Source of the DNA: Parcubacteria group bacterium
Lineage (GTDB): Bacteria > Patescibacteriota > Minisyncoccia > Moranbacterales > UBA2206
NCBI GenBank assembly: GCA_041661275.1
Contig: JBAZUU010000004.1
Location: forward strand, 7,480-71,479
Direction of reading: 5' to 3'
Length of the DNA: 64,000 nucleotides
In this document: one piece after another, positions 29,009 through 38,578 of the stretch
Numbering within the stretch: position 1 is the stretch's first letter
How the letters are laid out: each line of letters starts with the position of its first letter
Position numbers and translations under genes: made by a program
The notes under the pieces: model-generated
What the model was told of the DNA's origin: nothing
The model's database searches: none
Seen by the model: the letters and a program-made list of their open reading frames with translations, nothing else

Positions 29009-29176
29009 TTATTTCGACATCGTTTTCAGGCATTTGGTGCAGACTTTCTTCCGAACCCCGCCAATTTTTTTGCTTTGAAGATTGATAGCAAATTTTCGAA
29101 GAGTCTTGACATTGGAATGGCTGACTTGGTTTCCAGTTTGACTTCCTCTACCGCAGATATCACATACTCGACTCAT
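29009..29176 (-). CDS. rpmB: 50S ribosomal protein L28
   Basis: [29 protein letters not shown]... matches the L28 consensus (MSRVCQVTGK..GNNVSHSN). Confidence 0.8.
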   Translation of the reverse strand: MSRVCDICGRGSQTGNQVSHSNVKTLRKFAINLQSKKIGGVRKKVCTKCLKTMSK

Positions 29177-29184
29177 GATCGTAA

Positions 29185-29260
29185 AACGCATAACGCATAA
29201 CGCATAACGTAAAAAGCAATAATTTGCGTTCCACGCTCCATGTTCTACGCTTCGCGACTA
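29185..29260. repeat. intergenic repeat family D (cataacg x3 ... gttccacgc...ctacgc)
   Basis: shares motif blocks with 39762-39836 and 62372-62451. Confidence 0.55.
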
Positions 29261-29327
29261 GTTGATTTATTACAAAATTTAGATTATCATAGTAAATGTT
29301 ATTTAGCAAGCCATTTGGCAGAAAACT

Positions 29328-30044
29328 ATGTCTAACGAAATCGTTTTAATTGCCTTTTATGTCATCATCCTTCTTTACTCGGTCATTTTGCACGAGGTTT
29401 TTCATGGTATTGTGGCGCTTTGGCTAGGCGATGTGACGGCTAAGTATGCCGGACGAATTTCAGCCAATCCTTTCAAACACATCGATCCTATGATGACCAT
29501 TCTCATGCCGATATTACTCCTTATTCTGACGGCTGGACATTTTGCTTTTGGTGGAGCGAAACCTGTCCCGTATAATCCATACAATCTAAGAAATCAAAAA
29601 TGGGGACCAGCTATGGTCGCCTTGGGCGGGCCGTTGTCCAATATCGTTATTGCTCTAGTCGCGGCAATAGTTGCTAAACTTATAGCCATCCCCGCTATGC
29701 TAAAGGTATCTATAATAAACGATTTTGGGGTTTTATATGGAAGCAGTCCTAATTGGACATCTCTCGCTCAATATATGCATGATTCATTGGGAGCAATATT
29801 TTTTGTTCTTCTCGTTATGATAATCATTTGGAATGTCCTTTTGGCGTTTTTCAATCTGATTCCCATTCCGCCACTAGATGGATCCAAAATCTTGTATGGT
29901 ATTTTTTCCATAAAAGTAGAGACTATGGCATTTCTGGAACAATTTGGCTTCATTTTTTTGATAGCGATCATATTTATTTTTGGCGGACTACTGAATCTAT
30001 TTTTGGTGTTCTTTTGGAATATCTTTTTAAGCATTGCCATATAG
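29328..30044 (+). CDS. M50-family (site-2 protease-like) membrane metalloprotease
   Basis: polytopic membrane protein with an HEVFHG (HExxH) motif in the first TM region. Confidence 0.55.
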   Translation: MSNEIVLIAFYVIILLYSVILHEVFHGIVALWLGDVTAKYAGRISANPFKHIDPMMTILMPILLLILTAGHFAFGGAKPVPYNPYNLRNQKWGPAMVALGGPLSNIVIALVAAIVAKLIAIPAMLKVSIINDFGVLYGSSPNWTSLAQYMHDSLGAIFFVLLVMIIIWNVLLAFFNLIPIPPLDGSKILYGIFSIKVETMAFLEQFGFIFLIAIIFIFGGLLNLFLVFFWNIFLSIAI

Positions 30045-30140
30045 CCATTAGTTGACAGGTATGAATATATCATTTATGATTATTCTGCTAGCCTCTGGGC
30101 GTGCTTTTTTATTAATGTTTGTAAATTAGAATAATATAAT

Positions 30141-30560
30141 ATGCCGACAATAAATCAGTTGAAAAGAAAAGCTCGGAAATCAGTGAAGAGTAAGAGTAAA
30201 ACTCCGGCTTTTAAGCATGTTTTCAATACTCTAAAAAATCGTCCAGTAGATGACAACAGCCCGTTCAAGCGCGGGGTTTGTGTCAAAGTTTCCACTACTA
30301 CTCCCAAAAAACCAAACTCGGCTCTCCGAAAGATCGCAAGAGTCCGCCTCACCAATGGAATGGAAGTCACTGCTTACATTCCTGGCATCGGACACAACCT
30401 CCAAGAACACTCAATTGTCATTATCCGCGGCGGAAGAGTAAAAGACCTTCCGGGCGTTAGATATCATATTGTTCGGGGAGTTCTCGATGCTTCCGGAGTT
30501 TCCAACAGAAAAAGAGGACGAAGTAAATATGGAGCTAAAAAGGAAAAATCTAAAGAATAA
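30141..30560 (+). CDS. rpsL: 30S ribosomal protein S12
   Basis: MPTINQL...[10 protein letters not shown]...conserved throughout. Confidence 0.95.
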   Translation: MPTINQLKRKARKSVKSKSKTPAFKHVFNTLKNRPVDDNSPFKRGVCVKVSTTTPKKPNSALRKIARVRLTNGMEVTAYIPGIGHNLQEHSIVIIRGGRVKDLPGVRYHIVRGVLDASGVSNRKRGRSKYGAKKEKSKE

Positions 30561-30567
30561 TTGTAGT

Positions 30568-30677
30568 CTCTACGAATTACGAATTGGTACGAATGTAACG
30601 AAATACGAATAATCGTTAATAAGGACAATTTAAAAAATCAATCGTTCGTACATTCGTAAAGGTTCGTATTTCGTAGA
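30568..30677. repeat. 110-bp palindromic element of family B (tctacgaattacgaa...ttcgtatttcgtaga) between rpsL and rpsG
   Basis: long inverted repeat; near-identical copy at 43631-43742. Confidence 0.8.
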
Positions 30678-30695
30678 GAAATAATTTAAACAAAC

Positions 30696-31163
30696 ATGGC
30701 AAGACGTAAACGAATATTTGAAAAGCACGTAAAACCCGACACCAGGTACGGCAATCTTTTGGTTGGGAAGTTTATCAATAACATAATGAAGGATGGGAAG
30801 AGAACTACGGCAGAAATGATTGTTTATGGATCTTTTGATGAAATCCACAAGCGTACTAAGCGTGGAGGACTCAATGTCTTTGAGCAAGCTATCAAAAATA
30901 TTTCTCCTCTTGTCGAGCTGAAATCCCGCCGAGTTGGTGGCGCTAACTATCAAATTCCGGTTCCAGTCATCGGGGAGCGAAGAACAACTTTGGCTATTCG
31001 CTGGATAAAAGTGGCCATTTTGGCTAAAAAAGGCAAGGGGATGGCTCAAAAACTGGCCGATGAACTGATCGATGCTTCTAATAAAACCGGAGCTTCTATG
31101 AAGAAGCGAGAAGATGTGCACCGAATGGCAGACGCCAACAAGGCTTTCGCCCATTTTGCATAA
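30696..31163 (+). CDS. rpsG: 30S ribosomal protein S7
   Basis: conserved S7 sequence. Confidence 0.95.
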   Translation: MARRKRIFEKHVKPDTRYGNLLVGKFINNIMKDGKRTTAEMIVYGSFDEIHKRTKRGGLNVFEQAIKNISPLVELKSRRVGGANYQIPVPVIGERRTTLAIRWIKVAILAKKGKGMAQKLADELIDASNKTGASMKKREDVHRMADANKAFAHFA

Positions 31164-31172
31164 AATAAAAAT

Positions 31173-33260
31173 ATGGCTCGCCAATATCCAATTGAAAAGT
31201 ATAGAAATATAGGCATCATTGCTCATATTGACGCCGGGAAGACTACTACTACCGAGCGTGTTTTGTTTTACACCGGAATCACCCATAAGATCGGCGAAGT
31301 GCATGAAGGCGAGGCCGTTATGGACTGGATGGATCAGGAACGTGAGCGTGGGATTACCATCACTTCCGCCGCGACTACTTGTTTTTGGAAAGAACATCAG
31401 ATAAATATCATCGATACTCCAGGTCACGTGGATTTTACCGTGGAAGTGGAACGATCCTTGCGCGTCCTTGATGGCGGTGTAGTAGTTTTTGATGGCAAAG
31501 AAGGCGTGGAGCCGCAGTCGGAAACTGTCTGGCGGCAAGCGGACAAATATAACGTACCAAGAATTTGTTTTATCAATAAAATCGACAAAGAAGGAGCTGA
31601 TTTCTATTACGCCCTGCGTACTATTTGGGACAGACTGACTCCAAACGCTGTGGCCGTGCAAATTCCGATCGGTGAGCGAGGAGAATTTTCTGGAGTTGTT
31701 GATCTCATCAAAATGAAAGCCTATACATTCGACGGAAAGATGGGAGAAATCGTGGTAGAGGGAGAAATTCCAGCCGAACTTCTGGACAAAGCCAAGGAAT
31801 GGCGAGAAAAAATGGTGGAAAAAATTTCTGAAACTGATGACGCTCTAACTGAAAAATATTTGAACGGCGAAGAAATATCAATTGATGAAATCAAGAAAGC
31901 TCTTCGTCAGGCAGTTATTGACGTAAAACTAATCCCAGTCTTTACCGGCACCGCTCTTCGAAATAAGGGTGTGCAATTGGTTTTGGACGCTGCAGTTGAC
32001 TATTTGCCTTCTCCTACGGACGTTCCAGCTATCAAGGGATTTGATGTCGATGACCGCGAAAAAGAAGTAGAAATAAAGCCGATAGACGAAGCGCCTTTTG
32101 CCGCTTTGGCTTTCAAGGTGGCGACCGATCCATTTGTCGGACAACTAACATTTTTTCGAGTATATTCCGGAGTGTTGAAAGCCGGTTCATATATTCTCAA
32201 TTCTTCCAAAGGCGAAAAGGAGCGAGTAGGAAGAATTTTGCAGATGCATTCCAATCACCGTGAAGAAATCACTGAAATTTATTCCGGAGGAATCGGAGCT
32301 CTTGTTGGCATGAAAAATACGACTACGGGTGATACTTTGTGTGATCCTGAAAACCCACTGCTTTTGGAATCAATCACTTTTCCGGAACCAGTTATCCACA
32401 TTGCTATTGAACCAAAAACCAAAGCCGATCAGGAAAAGATGGGGCTGGCTCTTCGAAAACTTTCTGAAGAAGATCCGACTTTTAAAGTCAGGACTGATGA
32501 AGAAACTGGACAAACGATCATTGCCGGAATGGGTGAATTGCATTTAGATATTATTGTCGATCGAATGAAAAGAGAATTCAAGGTGGAAGCCAATATTGGT
32601 CAGCCGCAAGTAGCTTATCGGGAAACAATCAGGACAACTGCGGAAGCGGAAGGGAAATATATTCGTCAGACCGGTGGACATGGACAGTATGGTCATTGTT
32701 GGATCAGGGTAACTCCTCAAGAACCGGGAGCTGGTTTCCTCTTTGAAAATGAAATCAAGGGTGGAGTTATTCCTCAAGAATTTATCGCGCCGATCGGAAA
32801 AGGAGTGAAAGATGCGCTGGATAACGGAGTTTTGGCGGGATATCCGATGGTGGACATCAAAGCGGTCGTTTATGACGGGTCATTCCATGATGTTGACTCA
32901 TCAGAAGCGGCTTTCAAAATTGCCGGCAGTATGGCTTTCAAGGAAGCTGTGAGACGCGCCAAGCCAGTCATTCTTGAACCGATCATGCGCGTGGTTGTGA
33001 CAACTCCTGAAAACTTTATGGGTGATGTTGTTGGCGATTTAAATAGTAAGCGTGGAATAATCAAAGAAATGAACGACCGAGGAGAAGGCAACGCGCGCGT
33101 TAAAGAAATCGAATCAGAAGTGCCGTTGGCCTCGATGTTTGGATACGCCACTGCTCTTCGCTCAATGTCCCAGGGACGCGCCAATTATGTGATGGAGTTT
33201 GACCACTACGCTGAAGTGCCGAAAAACGTGGCGGAAGAGATTATGGGCGGGAAGAAGTAA
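31173..33260 (+). CDS. fusA: elongation factor G
   Basis: [13 protein letters not shown]; DTPGHVDF; conserved full length. Confidence 0.95.
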   Translation: MARQYPIEKYRNIGIIAHIDAGKTTTTERVLFYTGITHKIGEVHEGEAVMDWMDQERERGITITSAATTCFWKEHQINIIDTPGHVDFTVEVERSLRVLDGGVVVFDGKEGVEPQSETVWRQADKYNVPRICFINKIDKEGADFYYALRTIWDRLTPNAVAVQIPIGERGEFSGVVDLIKMKAYTFDGKMGEIVVEGEIPAELLDKAKEWREKMVEKISETDDALTEKYLNGEEISIDEIKKALRQAVIDVKLIPVFTGTALRNKGVQLVLDAAVDYLPSPTDVPAIKGFDVDDREKEVEIKPIDEAPFAALAFKVATDPFVGQLTFFRVYSGVLKAGSYILNSSKGEKERVGRILQMHSNHREEITEIYSGGIGALVGMKNTTTGDTLCDPENPLLLESITFPEPVIHIAIEPKTKADQEKMGLALRKLSEEDPTFKVRTDEETGQTIIAGMGELHLDIIVDRMKREFKVEANIGQPQVAYRETIRTTAEAEGKYIRQTGGHGQYGHCWIRVTPQEPGAGFLFENEIKGGVIPQEFIAPIGKGVKDALDNGVLAGYPMVDIKAVVYDGSFHDVDSSEAAFKIAGSMAFKEAVRRAKPVILEPIMRVVVTTPENFMGDVVGDLNSKRGIIKEMNDRGEGNARVKEIESEVPLASMFGYATALRSMSQGRANYVMEFDHYAEVPKNVAEEIMGGKK

Positions 33261-33325
33261 TAAGAATCATAAAACTTTCAATAAAAAAACAATCTCGTTT
33301 ATAGAGGTTGTTTTTTTGTCTAAAA

Positions 33326-33757
33326 TTATTTCGCCTCCATATCCGTTTGCATGATCGACATCAGTTCGCCCTCGGAATCTTTGAAAGCGGCAAACCAGCC
33401 GACTTTCGGGATGGCGGTTTTTTCCATGGTGATCTCTCCGCCGTTTTTCTTGATTTTTTCCACATACTCATCAATGTCGGGAACATCGATAGTCAGGACG
33501 TTTCGCGGCATATCGCTTTTTTTGCTCATTCCGCCGTTTATTCCCGGTTTCTTGTCATCTCCAGTCATCACCATCCAATATTCCATCTGACTCGAAGGAT
33601 CTTCCCATTTCTCAAGCTTCCAACCGAAGGTGTCGGAATAAAATTTAGACATCCGCTCCGGATCTTGGGCATATAAGTCGAAGTGCACTACTCGTGGCAT
33701 AGGTTTGTTTTTAATGGTTACACTTATACTACCAATTGTACCTGATAATAATTCCAT
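33326..33757 (-). CDS. VOC (glyoxalase/bleomycin-resistance) family protein
   Basis: 143-aa minus-strand ORF; RVVHFDLYAQDPERMSKFYSDTFGW...GINGGM... typical VOC fold motifs. Confidence 0.65.
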   Translation of the reverse strand: MELLSGTIGSISVTIKNKPMPRVVHFDLYAQDPERMSKFYSDTFGWKLEKWEDPSSQMEYWMVMTGDDKKPGINGGMSKKSDMPRNVLTIDVPDIDEYVEKIKKNGGEITMEKTAIPKVGWFAAFKDSEGELMSIMQTDMEAK

Positions 33758-33791
33758 TTACAACCAGCTTGATTTATGAAATGATAAGTTT

Positions 33792-34229
33792 ATGAAAAAG
33801 AAATCTATTGTCGTAGTTTTGGGAATAATTGAAAATGAAAAAGGGGAGGTTCTTCTTTCTCTTCGCAATGATCCGAAATTCGTCGGCGCCCATCTCAAAT
33901 GGGATTTTGTCGGCGGGAAAGTGGAGATGGGCGAATCTCTGGAAGAGGCGCTTTTGCGAGAAGCCAAAGAAGAATCTGGCTTCAAGGTAAAAATCAAAAA
34001 GATGCTTCCACATTGCATTCGAAAAAACTGGAAGCTTCCAAATCATTTTCTACACGTTCTTGTTTTTTGTTATGTTACGAAGAAACTGTCTGGAAGATTA
34101 TGCTCAAAAGACGCTAAAATTGATGGACTGAAATGGGTAAAACCAAAAGACGCACTGAAAATGGATCTTATCTTTTCGGCTCGCATTTTTCTTAAGCTTT
34201 ATCTGCAGGAAAAGGCCAGAATGAAATAA
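33792..34229 (+). CDS. NUDIX hydrolase
   Basis: NUDIX box GGKVEMGESLEEALLREAKEESG. Confidence 0.7.
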   Translation: MKKKSIVVVLGIIENEKGEVLLSLRNDPKFVGAHLKWDFVGGKVEMGESLEEALLREAKEESGFKVKIKKMLPHCIRKNWKLPNHFLHVLVFCYVTKKLSGRLCSKDAKIDGLKWVKPKDALKMDLIFSARIFLKLYLQEKARMK

Positions 34230-34425
34230 AAAGGGGCATTAATTGTAGTAATGTCTGCAAAAGCCTTCCTAATCTGGTGGTATCTGGGTAGCGTAAAAGT
34301 TATTCAGGTATCAATGTAAAGCTCTTCACTTATGCAATTAAAGATTAGTATAGTGAAGAGAAAAATAACCACAGCAGCTATAAGTTGGTGTGGGGTTTTT
34401 TAATTATGGGAACGATTTTGGAAAT

Positions 34426-34453
34426 GAAAAAGACTCCAGCTGGAGTCTTTTCG
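34426..34453. terminator. bidirectional hairpin terminator (agactccagctggagtct flanked by A and T runs)
   Basis: perfect palindrome with aaaaag on the left and ttttcgg on the right. Confidence 0.5.
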
Positions 34454-34476
34454 GGTGGTCGTGGCCAAGTCGACTT

Positions 34477-34668
34477 TTAAGGAATGGTTTGTCCTTTGGG
34501 CAATGGGGGATATGGTCCGCCAAGAACATAATCTTCGGGAAAACTTCTCTTCATTTCGTCTCCCTCCCTTTGAGCGTCAAGAACTGACTGTACCTCCGCT
34601 TCGGTAGGAACAAACCAATCTGGTGCGGCTTTTGCCCTCGAATCTTTTCTCTCATTGTCGTACGGCAT
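34477..34668 (-). CDS. small hypothetical protein (63 aa)
   Basis: strong SD gaaggagggatt directly upstream of ATG on the minus strand; a terminator lies downstream. Confidence 0.45.
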   Translation of the reverse strand: MPYDNERKDSRAKAAPDWFVPTEAEVQSVLDAQREGDEMKRSFPEDYVLGGPYPPLPKGQTIP

Positions 34669-34835
34669 AATCCCTCCTTCGCACTTTGCGCGTAAGTTTA
34701 AGATGGTGTACTGATTAAATTAGAGCAGCTTGTGATTTTTATGTCAAATTTGTAAAATTTGTAATAAATATTGACATAATAATTATGTTAAGTTAATATT
34801 CTTCTATAAGTAAAAAGAAATTTACTTTTACGATT

Positions 34836-35114
34836 ATGTTAGATAAAAAGTTGAAAGAAGCACTGGATCTTTTGGGCGGAAAAGCCATTTTGAAGGATCA
34901 GGATCAGTACTATGTGCTTTTGTCCCTTAGGGAATTCAAGAAGATCAGGCAAGATGGCATATCGGGCTTGACAAAGCAAGAGTTAGTTGATAAGATAAAC
35001 AACGATATCGCTTCCTGGAAATTTGCCCAAGAAGACGACAAAATTGATGAAATGGTGCTGGGCGAAATTGCTGACATCAAGGATGAAGAGATAATCTACG
35101 AGAAAACAGTATAA
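34836..35114 (+). CDS. small hypothetical acidic protein (92 aa)
   Basis: TTGACA-17-TAATAT promoter about 70 bp upstream; no recognised family. Confidence 0.35.
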   Translation: MLDKKLKEALDLLGGKAILKDQDQYYVLLSLREFKKIRQDGISGLTKQELVDKINNDIASWKFAQEDDKIDEMVLGEIADIKDEEIIYEKTV

Positions 35115-35263
35115 ATCCTTGCCAAGATTCAATATTTAGTCTACACTTAATTTTGTGGATATAATAAAATTTAATAATAAAATTCGTAAATCTTACGAAG
35201 CCGGTCTTTAATTCCGGCGTAAAATTCGCCTCTTCGGCGAACCGTAGGTTACGCCAAAAAACT

Positions 35264-36457
35264 ATGGCAGCAGAAAAATTCGAAAGAACTAAACCCCATG
35301 TCAATGTCGGCACAATCGGCCATGTTGACCATGGAAAAACCACTCTAACAGCGGCTATTCTTCATGTCTTGAGTTTCAAGGGCATGGCAAAGCCCAAGGG
35401 AGTGGATGAGATCGACAAGGCTCCTGAAGAAAGAGAGCGCGGAATCACCATTGCCACCGCTCACTGCGAATATGAATCCGACAAGCGTCACTATGCGCAC
35501 GTAGACTGCCCGGGACACGCTGACTACATCAAAAATATGATTACTGGAGCGGCTCAAATGGACGGCGCTATCCTTGTAGTTGCTGCTACTGACGGTCCTA
35601 TGCCTCAGACTCGAGAACACATCTTGCTGGCTTATCAGGTAGGTGTTCCGGAAATTGTAGTGTTTTTGAACAAAGTTGATATGGTTGATGATCCGGAGCT
35701 GATTGATTTGGTGGAAGCGGAAGTGCGAGAACTTTTGACTAAATACAACTTCGATGGTGAAAACGCCAAAATTATCCGCGGGTCAGCCTTGAAAGCTTTG
35801 AATTCCAAGAGCGCTGACGATCCTGATGCCAAACCGATTTTTGATCTGATGGCGGCACTCGATGAAAAAATCCCTGAACCGGTTCGCGATACTGACAAGC
35901 CATACCTGATGCCGATTGAAGATATTTTCTCCATTGAAGGTCGTGGAACAGTAGTAACCGGAAGAATCGAAAGAGGAACAGTGAACGTCAACGAAGAAGT
36001 GGAAATTGTTGGGCTGAAACCAACAACCAAAACTACTGTTACCGGAATCGAAATGTTCAATAAAACCCTGGACAAGGGAACAGCCGGAGATAACGCAGGG
36101 GTTCTTCTTCGAGGAACTAAAAAAGAAGATGTGGAAAGAGGACAAGTTTTGGCAAAACCCGGTTCTATCACTCCTCATACTGAATTTGAAGCAGAAGTAT
36201 ATATCCTGACCAAAGAAGAAGGTGGACGACACACTCCATTTTTCAAGGGATATAAGCCGCAATTCTATGTTCGAACGACCGATGTTACAGGAGAAGTGAT
36301 GCTTCCGGAAGGAACTGAAATGGTTATGCCTGGAGACACTGTGAATTTCAAAGTGGTTCTTGGAGCGCCAGTGGCTATGGAAGAAGGAATGAGATTTGCT
36401 ATCCGCGAAGGTGGAAAGACTGTCGGCGCCGGAGTGGTAACCAAGATTGTAAAATAA
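35264..36457 (+). CDS. tuf: elongation factor Tu
   Basis: [10 protein letters not shown]; DCPGHADY; NKVD; conserved throughout. Confidence 0.95.
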   Translation: MAAEKFERTKPHVNVGTIGHVDHGKTTLTAAILHVLSFKGMAKPKGVDEIDKAPEERERGITIATAHCEYESDKRHYAHVDCPGHADYIKNMITGAAQMDGAILVVAATDGPMPQTREHILLAYQVGVPEIVVFLNKVDMVDDPELIDLVEAEVRELLTKYNFDGENAKIIRGSALKALNSKSADDPDAKPIFDLMAALDEKIPEPVRDTDKPYLMPIEDIFSIEGRGTVVTGRIERGTVNVNEEVEIVGLKPTTKTTVTGIEMFNKTLDKGTAGDNAGVLLRGTKKEDVERGQVLAKPGSITPHTEFEAEVYILTKEEGGRHTPFFKGYKPQFYVRTTDVTGEVMLPEGTEMVMPGDTVNFKVVLGAPVAMEEGMRFAIREGGKTVGAGVVTKIVK

Positions 36458-36469
36458 GTTTATTCTTAG

Positions 36470-36496
36470 CCCTGTCGCTCGCGAGCGACAGGATTT
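36470..36496 (+). terminator. rho-independent terminator after tuf (cctgtcgctcgcgagcgacagg + atttt)
   Basis: perfect GC-rich palindrome. Confidence 0.6.
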
Positions 36497-36528
36497 TAGA
36501 GTAAAGTTAGGTTATATTAAAAATTAGA

Positions 36529-36858
36529 ATGGCTATCAAAAAGGAAGAAGAAGTAAAACCGAGAATTCGGATCAAAATCAAGGCGTACGACCATAAGATC
36601 ATTGACCAATCAGCCAGACAGATTGTGGAGAATGCCGAGCGAACTGGGGCCAGTGTTACTGGGCCGGTTCCTTTGCCTACCGAGATCAGAAAAGTGACGG
36701 TCAACAAATCAACTTTCGTGCATAAAGATGCGCGGGAGCAATACGAGATGAGAATTCACAAGAGATTGATAGATATAACTAGCCCTACTCCAAAAACAAT
36801 TGACAATCTGACCAATCTAGATCTTCCGGCCGGAGTGGATGTGGAAATAAAAATGTAG
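36529..36858 (+). CDS. rpsJ: 30S ribosomal protein S10
   Basis: conserved S10 sequence ([17 protein letters not shown]...). Confidence 0.95.
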   Translation: MAIKKEEEVKPRIRIKIKAYDHKIIDQSARQIVENAERTGASVTGPVPLPTEIRKVTVNKSTFVHKDAREQYEMRIHKRLIDITSPTPKTIDNLTNLDLPAGVDVEIKM

Positions 36859-36937
36859 GTTACGAAATACGAAATCTGGTTTAAGTCCAAAGATTAAAAT
36901 CGGAGGATACTAAGCTGGCAATAAGTAATCGGGTAAT

Positions 36938-36988
36938 CATAAGCCCGGATATAATTGCGAGGCTTATGGATATCCGTTTTTTATTTTA
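36938..36988 (+). promoter_or_regulatory. hairpin plus long T-run between rpsJ and rplC (candidate intra-operon attenuator)
   Basis: tcataagcc...ggcttatgg stem followed by atatccgttttttatttt. Confidence 0.35.
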
Positions 36989-36993
36989 CTAAA

Positions 36994-37551
36994 ATGACCA
37001 AGTTTATATTAGGAAAAAAACTAGGAATGACAACGATTTTTACGGATCAGGGAGCGCAAAATGTGACTCTCGTTCTATGTTTGCCTAACAAAATTTCCAA
37101 GACGAGAACAGTGGAAAAAGACGGATACAGCGCAACGCAGGTGGAAATCCAGAAAACTAAAAATAAAGTTTTCACAAAGGAATTCCGAACAGAGGAAAAA
37201 ACTGAAGAGGAAATAAAAGTTGATGTGTCTGCTTTTGAAATAGGTGATATGGTGAAAGTCAGCGGAATAACCAAAGCCAAGGGCTTCCAAGGAGTCGTTA
37301 AGAGACATGGGTTCAAGGGTTCTCCAACATCGCACGGACACAAGCATGATGTGCGTGCCCCGGGCTCTATCGGTTCCGGGTTTCCCGAGCATGTGGTAAA
37401 AGGAAAAAGAATGGCCGGCCGAATGGGAGGAGAAAGGGCGACTACAAAGAATATTAAGATTGTTTTTATAGATAAAGAAAAAAATATGCTTGGGATCAAA
37501 GGCCCAGTGCCTGGCATTCCGGGGAATATTGTGGAGATTAGAAGTGTTTAG
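36994..37551 (+). CDS. rplC: 50S ribosomal protein L3
   Basis: MTKFILGKKLGMTTIF start; the ORF track begins earlier at 36955 inside the hairpin. Confidence 0.9.
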   Translation: MTKFILGKKLGMTTIFTDQGAQNVTLVLCLPNKISKTRTVEKDGYSATQVEIQKTKNKVFTKEFRTEEKTEEEIKVDVSAFEIGDMVKVSGITKAKGFQGVVKRHGFKGSPTSHGHKHDVRAPGSIGSGFPEHVVKGKRMAGRMGGERATTKNIKIVFIDKEKNMLGIKGPVPGIPGNIVEIRSV

Positions 37552-37576
37552 CTCGGATACTTTTTATTTTTTGATT

Positions 37577-38212
37577 ATGAAAATCAAAGTATATAATTTA
37601 CAAGGAAAACCGGTTAAAGATATTGAATTATCCGATTCTGTTTTTGGATTGCCTCTTAATGCCGATCTGGTGCATCAGGTAGCGATGGCTATAACCGGAA
37701 ATATGCGACAAGTATTGGCGCACACCAAAAACAGAGGAGACCGAGCAGGAAGCGGAAAAAAACCCTGGAAACAGAAGGGAACGGGACGAGCGAGAGTCGG
37801 ATCAGTCAGAACTCCAGTTTGGCGAAAGGGAGGCGTGGCCTTCGGTCCAAGGTCGGATCGAAACTTCAAAAAGAAAGTGAATAGAAAAATGAATGCCAAA
37901 GCGATTGCTATGGTAATGTCTGGAAAAGTGAAAGATAAAGAATTGATTGTTGTTGATGATTTGGAAATGAATGAAAAAAAGACAAAAGAGATGGCTAAGG
38001 CTCTTATAAATTTGAAAATCAAGGGCAGAACACTTATGGCATATTCCGAAAAAGAAAAAGGCATGAGACTAGCCAGTAAAAATATCAAGAAAGTGGAAAA
38101 TACTCTAACCGCGCAACTCAATGTTCTCGATATGTTAAATAATAAATATCTGGTAATGAGTGTTGAATCTGTAAAATATTTAGAAGGAAAATATGGCAAA
38201 GGAAGTAAATAA
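37577..38212 (+). CDS. rplD: 50S ribosomal protein L4
   Basis: MKIKVYNLQGK... conserved L4 sequence; the track ORF begins at an upstream TTG. Confidence 0.9.
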   Translation: MKIKVYNLQGKPVKDIELSDSVFGLPLNADLVHQVAMAITGNMRQVLAHTKNRGDRAGSGKKPWKQKGTGRARVGSVRTPVWRKGGVAFGPRSDRNFKKKVNRKMNAKAIAMVMSGKVKDKELIVVDDLEMNEKKTKEMAKALINLKIKGRTLMAYSEKEKGMRLASKNIKKVENTLTAQLNVLDMLNNKYLVMSVESVKYLEGKYGKGSK

Positions 38213-38504
38213 AACTGAAAAAATCGCATATAGAATCCTGGTCGAACCCTGGATTACTGAAGAAGCTACCAGAATTGGCGAGCTTAATAAATATATTTTC
38301 AAGGTGGCTAAAGGTGCTGATAAGAAAGAGATTAAAAAAGCGATCGAAGAAATATATGGCGTGACAGTTTTGTCAGTAAATACGGTCACTATTCCGGCTA
38401 AAAAAAGAATGCGTGGAGCAAAGGCTGGTTGGAAAACAGGACACAAAAAAGCGATAATCACCGTGAAAGAGGGAGATAAGATAGAATTGTTTGAGAACAA
38501 ATGA
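38193..38504 (+). CDS. rplW: 50S ribosomal protein L23
   Basis: conserved L23; overlaps the rplD end by 20 bp; ends with TGA. Confidence 0.9.
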   Translation: MAKEVNKTEKIAYRILVEPWITEEATRIGELNKYIFKVAKGADKKEIKKAIEEIYGVTVLSVNTVTIPAKKRMRGAKAGWKTGHKKAIITVKEGDKIELFENK

Positions 38505-38565
38505 CGCGTAGCGTCATCCTGAGCGGAGTCCTGCTGAAAAGCAGGACGAAGTCGAAGGATCTAGT
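38505..38565. repeat. family A hairpin element, short form (half-unit), between rplW and rplB
   Basis: atgacgcgtagcgtcat palindrome + cgtcatcctgagcg + tcctgctgaaaagcagga hairpin + gaagtcgaaggatct. Confidence 0.8.
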
Positions 38566-38578
38566 ATAGGAAAATATT

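Noticed and set aside
28937-29200. Plus-strand ORF (87 aa) and the 28712..28936 ORF (74 aa, Arg-rich)
   Set aside because: 28937..29200 is the antisense shadow of rpmB, which is clearly conserved. 28712..28936 has no SD, an odd composition and no recognisable family, so it is kept out of the feature list as likely non-coding.
34230-34476. tRNA or other structured RNA in the 250-bp gap after the NUDIX gene
   Set aside because: No T-loop (GTTCRANYC) or acceptor-stem pattern was found. Only a bidirectional terminator hairpin is evident.
38502-38504. Possible UGA-to-Gly recoding (genetic code 25, as in some CPR lineages)
   Set aside because: rplW and other genes end at TGA with normal protein lengths. 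Translating through TGA runs into further stops and repeat-element sequence.
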